From the NCBI GenBank assembly GCA_964619725.1, contig CAZUFC010000025.1:10385-74384 (forward strand): a stretch of 64,000 nt of DNA. The letters are read 5' to 3'. Position numbers and translations under genes: made by a program. Within the stretch, counting starts at the first letter, position 1, and every line of letters begins with the position of its first letter. Of the stretch, positions 61,664 to 64,000 are shown in pieces. This DNA comes from an uncultured bacterium. GTDB taxonomy: Bacteria > CSSED10-310 > CAZUFC01. A model generated the notes under the pieces. That model was given only the letters and a program-made list of their open reading frames with translations, searched no databases and was not told where the DNA came from.

Positions 61664-63730
61664 TTGAACCGTGATCCGTTTTCATCAAAAAAATTCACAA
61701 TTCTTTTCAGGCACATTGTCAGGAGCTCAGAAATTAAGGAATTTATTTCACCGAAGTGGATACCTTTATTATGGAAGGAACTGCGAAAGATACAGGATAA
61801 AAGAAAGCAGGAGCTGACGAAAATCGGGGATGTTTTCGGCGACCCTTATATGCTGTCGAAATATTACGTGGAACCGAAATGTCAGCAGCTCAATCCGGCC
61901 GATTATGATGAAGATGAACCTTCCTTGCCTGTGCGCAGCCCGGTATTCGAGACCATAAACGAGTTTTTCAACAAGGAATTCAAAACGCCTGATCCCGGCG
62001 GCAAAAACCAGATGTTCGTGTTGTCTGATGCCGGCATGGGGAAGACATCGCTTCTGATGATGATAAAGATGATGCATCTGATGTCGTTCTGGCCGTCCGG
62101 TTATGAATGCATACTTTTGAAACTGGGACCGGAGACGATCGGGGAAATAAATGAAATAACCGAACGGGCAAAAACGGTTCTGCTGCTGGATGCCCTGGAT
62201 GAGGACCCGACGGCCTGGGGAAAAGTTGAGGAACGACTCATTGAGCTTCTCACCGAGACATCCAATTTCCGGCGGGTCATCATTTCGTGCCGCACTCAGT
62301 TTTTTCCGGAAAAGGGCAAGGACCCGTTCTGCCGGCCGGGATGGGTGGAAGTCGGCGGGTCGCTATGTCCCATGATTTTTATGTCATTATTCGATGATGC
62401 GCAGGTGGAAAAATATTTAAAAAAGCGTTTTCCCAGACGATGGAAAGACCTTCTGCTGCGGCGAGACAACCTGTCGAAAACCCGGGCCGAAGAACTGATC
62501 GGTAAAATGGCTTCGCTCAGATCACGTCCGCTGTTGCTGGCCTATATTGATGACATTTTGGATGCCGGGATAGAAAATTTGAACGAATATTCCGTTTATA
62601 ATTCGCTGGTCGAATCCTGGCTGCTGCGGGAAGAAAGAAAATCACGGAAAATGAAGATAGGCTCCCGGCCTTCAAAAGAATCGCTGCTGGAAGCCTGCAT
62701 GATTATCGCGGAAAAAATGCAGTCTGACGGAACCAGGTTCATCAGGGAAAAACAGTTGAAAGAAATGATGGAAACCAGGAGAGAGCTGAAACAATTGGAA
62801 ATGATAGACGTCGGCGGCCGATCGCTTCTTAACAGAAATTCCGACGGCGATTTCCGTTTTTCTCACTACAGCATCCAGGAATTCATGATAGTAAGGGGCG
62901 CGGTCGAAGGACGATTAAGCCGGAACGGAAAGAAATTAAGGACCACGGATCAGATGTTGGATTTTCTTTTGTGCGCGCCGGGAGATGATATTTTTGATTT
63001 CTTTGATATTGGACAGATGGGCAGAAAGAAGTTTATAAACCGAAACGTGAAGATGATCAAAATAAAGGGCGGGAGTTTCATCATGGGCGATAAAGGTGAT
63101 GAAAAAATATCCGTCTCCGTTGATGACTTTTTGATGGCTGAGTTTCCGGTGACTCAACTGATTTACCGGTTGGTTACAGGTGAGAATCCCAGTGGTTTCA
63201 AGGGTAAATTAAGGCCTGTTGAAAATGTTTCATGGGATGATGCCGTTCGATTCTGCAATATGTTGTCAGAATTAATGGACCTTAAACCCGTCTATGAAAT
63301 TAAAGGAAGGGATGTGAAATGGATTGAGGAAGCTGACGGTTTTCGGTTGCCCACGGAAGCTGAATGGCAATACGCCTGTCAGGCGGGAAGCAAACGCGAC
63401 CGGTATGGAAAGCTTGATGATATTGCCTGGTATAGCGAAAATTCGAACAAGCAAACTCATGCTGTGGGAAAGAAAAAATCGAACGATTACGGGCTTTATG
63501 ACATGCTGGGAAACGTTTATGAATGGTGTTGGGATTGGTACGGCAAGCTTACTGCTGTGAGTGACAACAGGAATCCGAAAGGTCCGGAAACGGGCTCTCT
63601 CCGGGTGATCCGCGGCGGCGCCTGGCTCGGCGTCGCTCTTGACTGCCGTTGTTCCTATCGCTTCGTCTTCAGCGCTCCGTCCGACCGCGGTGATGGCCTG
63701 GGCTTTCGCCTTTCCAGGTCGTTACCCTGA
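61664..63730 (+). CDS. NACHT/STAND NTPase fused to a C-terminal FGE-sulfatase (CLec-fold) domain; probable DGR target
   Basis: Walker A SDAGMGKT, Walker B LLLDALDE, ISCR, RPLLL, FRFSHYSIQEF. FGE motifs PVENVSWDDA, RLPTEAEW, YGLYDMLGNVYEW, RVIRGGAW...GFRL. The TTG start is uncertain. Confidence 0.88.
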   Translation: MNRDPFSSKKFTILFRHIVRSSEIKEFISPKWIPLLWKELRKIQDKRKQELTKIGDVFGDPYMLSKYYVEPKCQQLNPADYDEDEPSLPVRSPVFETINEFFNKEFKTPDPGGKNQMFVLSDAGMGKTSLLMMIKMMHLMSFWPSGYECILLKLGPETIGEINEITERAKTVLLLDALDEDPTAWGKVEERLIELLTETSNFRRVIISCRTQFFPEKGKDPFCRPGWVEVGGSLCPMIFMSLFDDAQVEKYLKKRFPRRWKDLLLRRDNLSKTRAEELIGKMASLRSRPLLLAYIDDILDAGIENLNEYSVYNSLVESWLLREERKSRKMKIGSRPSKESLLEACMIIAEKMQSDGTRFIREKQLKEMMETRRELKQLEMIDVGGRSLLNRNSDGDFRFSHYSIQEFMIVRGAVEGRLSRNGKKLRTTDQMLDFLLCAPGDDIFDFFDIGQMGRKKFINRNVKMIKIKGGSFIMGDKGDEKISVSVDDFLMAEFPVTQLIYRLVTGENPSGFKGKLRPVENVSWDDAVRFCNMLSELMDLKPVYEIKGRDVKWIEEADGFRLPTEAEWQYACQAGSKRDRYGKLDDIAWYSENSNKQTHAVGKKKSNDYGLYDMLGNVYEWCWDWYGKLTAVSDNRNPKGPETGSLRVIRGGAWLGVALDCRCSYRFVFSAPSDRGDGLGFRLSRSLP
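63593..63730 (+). other. Putative DGR variable region (VR)
   Basis: Only 9 A in 138 nt within an otherwise A-rich gene. Variable-position codons are NNC/NNT, in the RGG.W...GFR segment. Confidence 0.7.
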
Positions 63731-63907
63731 GCCCTTTTACCCTTTTACACTTTGCAAATATTGAATTGATTTTTCCGAGCGGAGTGGAGGGAGAGAAAGA
63801 GCGGCGTAGCGAAGCCGCCGTTCCGAAACGACCGGAACGGAGCGAGGCCGCCGCTGTTCCGCTTTTATATTGATTCTTTGCGTTTATTTTGATTGTGACG
63901 AAGTTCA

Positions 63908-64000
63908 TTACTTTACACGCGGATATCCTGCTATATTGATTTCCTGGCGCTGATCAAAAATGGCCATGTCAGGGTTACAATTTCTCAGTTTGAATCCTTC
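63908..64000 (-). CDS. Possible 3' end of a gene entering from the right edge
   Basis: Open minus frame EGFKLRNCNPDMAIFDQRQEINIAGYPRVK* reaching the window edge; too short to classify. Confidence 0.3.
   Translation of the reverse strand, partial: EGFKLRNCNPDMAIFDQRQEINIAGYPRVK

Noticed and set aside
60650-64000. DGR template repeat or reverse transcriptase within the window
   Set aside because: No AAC-rich copy of the VR and no YxDD reverse transcriptase ORF was seen, so a complete DGR cannot be claimed.

Overview
Bacterial genomic window from a probable anaerobe. About 1.8-34.6 kb and 49-60 kb form a redox and C4-dicarboxylate island. It holds two HdrA-family clusters, four MvhD paralogues, a group 3c MvhAG hydrogenase linked to a GlcD-like dehydrogenase, and a soluble fumarate-reductase-like enzyme inside an hdrA-mvhD-hdrC-hdrB run. 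Also present are fumarase, SucCD, two MDHs, a LarA-family racemase, SSADH, a duplicated KorAB-type oxidoreductase, an sdhCAB-Rieske-cytochrome b operon and propionyl-CoA carboxylase/methylmalonyl-CoA mutase/epimerase. Two genes split in the ORF track are best read as selenoproteins (in-frame TGA plus SECIS-like hairpin): a PrxU-type peroxiredoxin and an 819-aa secreted UxxC-redoxin multidomain protein. A 3426-aa beta-helix surface protein ends in dockerin- and cohesin-like domains. The right end is accessory: a toxin-antitoxin pair, palindromic and tandem repeats, and a NACHT-FGE/CLec gene whose last 138 nt look like a diversity-generating retroelement (DGR) variable region. No DGR template repeat or reverse transcriptase was seen in the window. 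No rRNA, tRNA or CRISPR array was seen. All calls are by-eye motif recognition; no searches were run.
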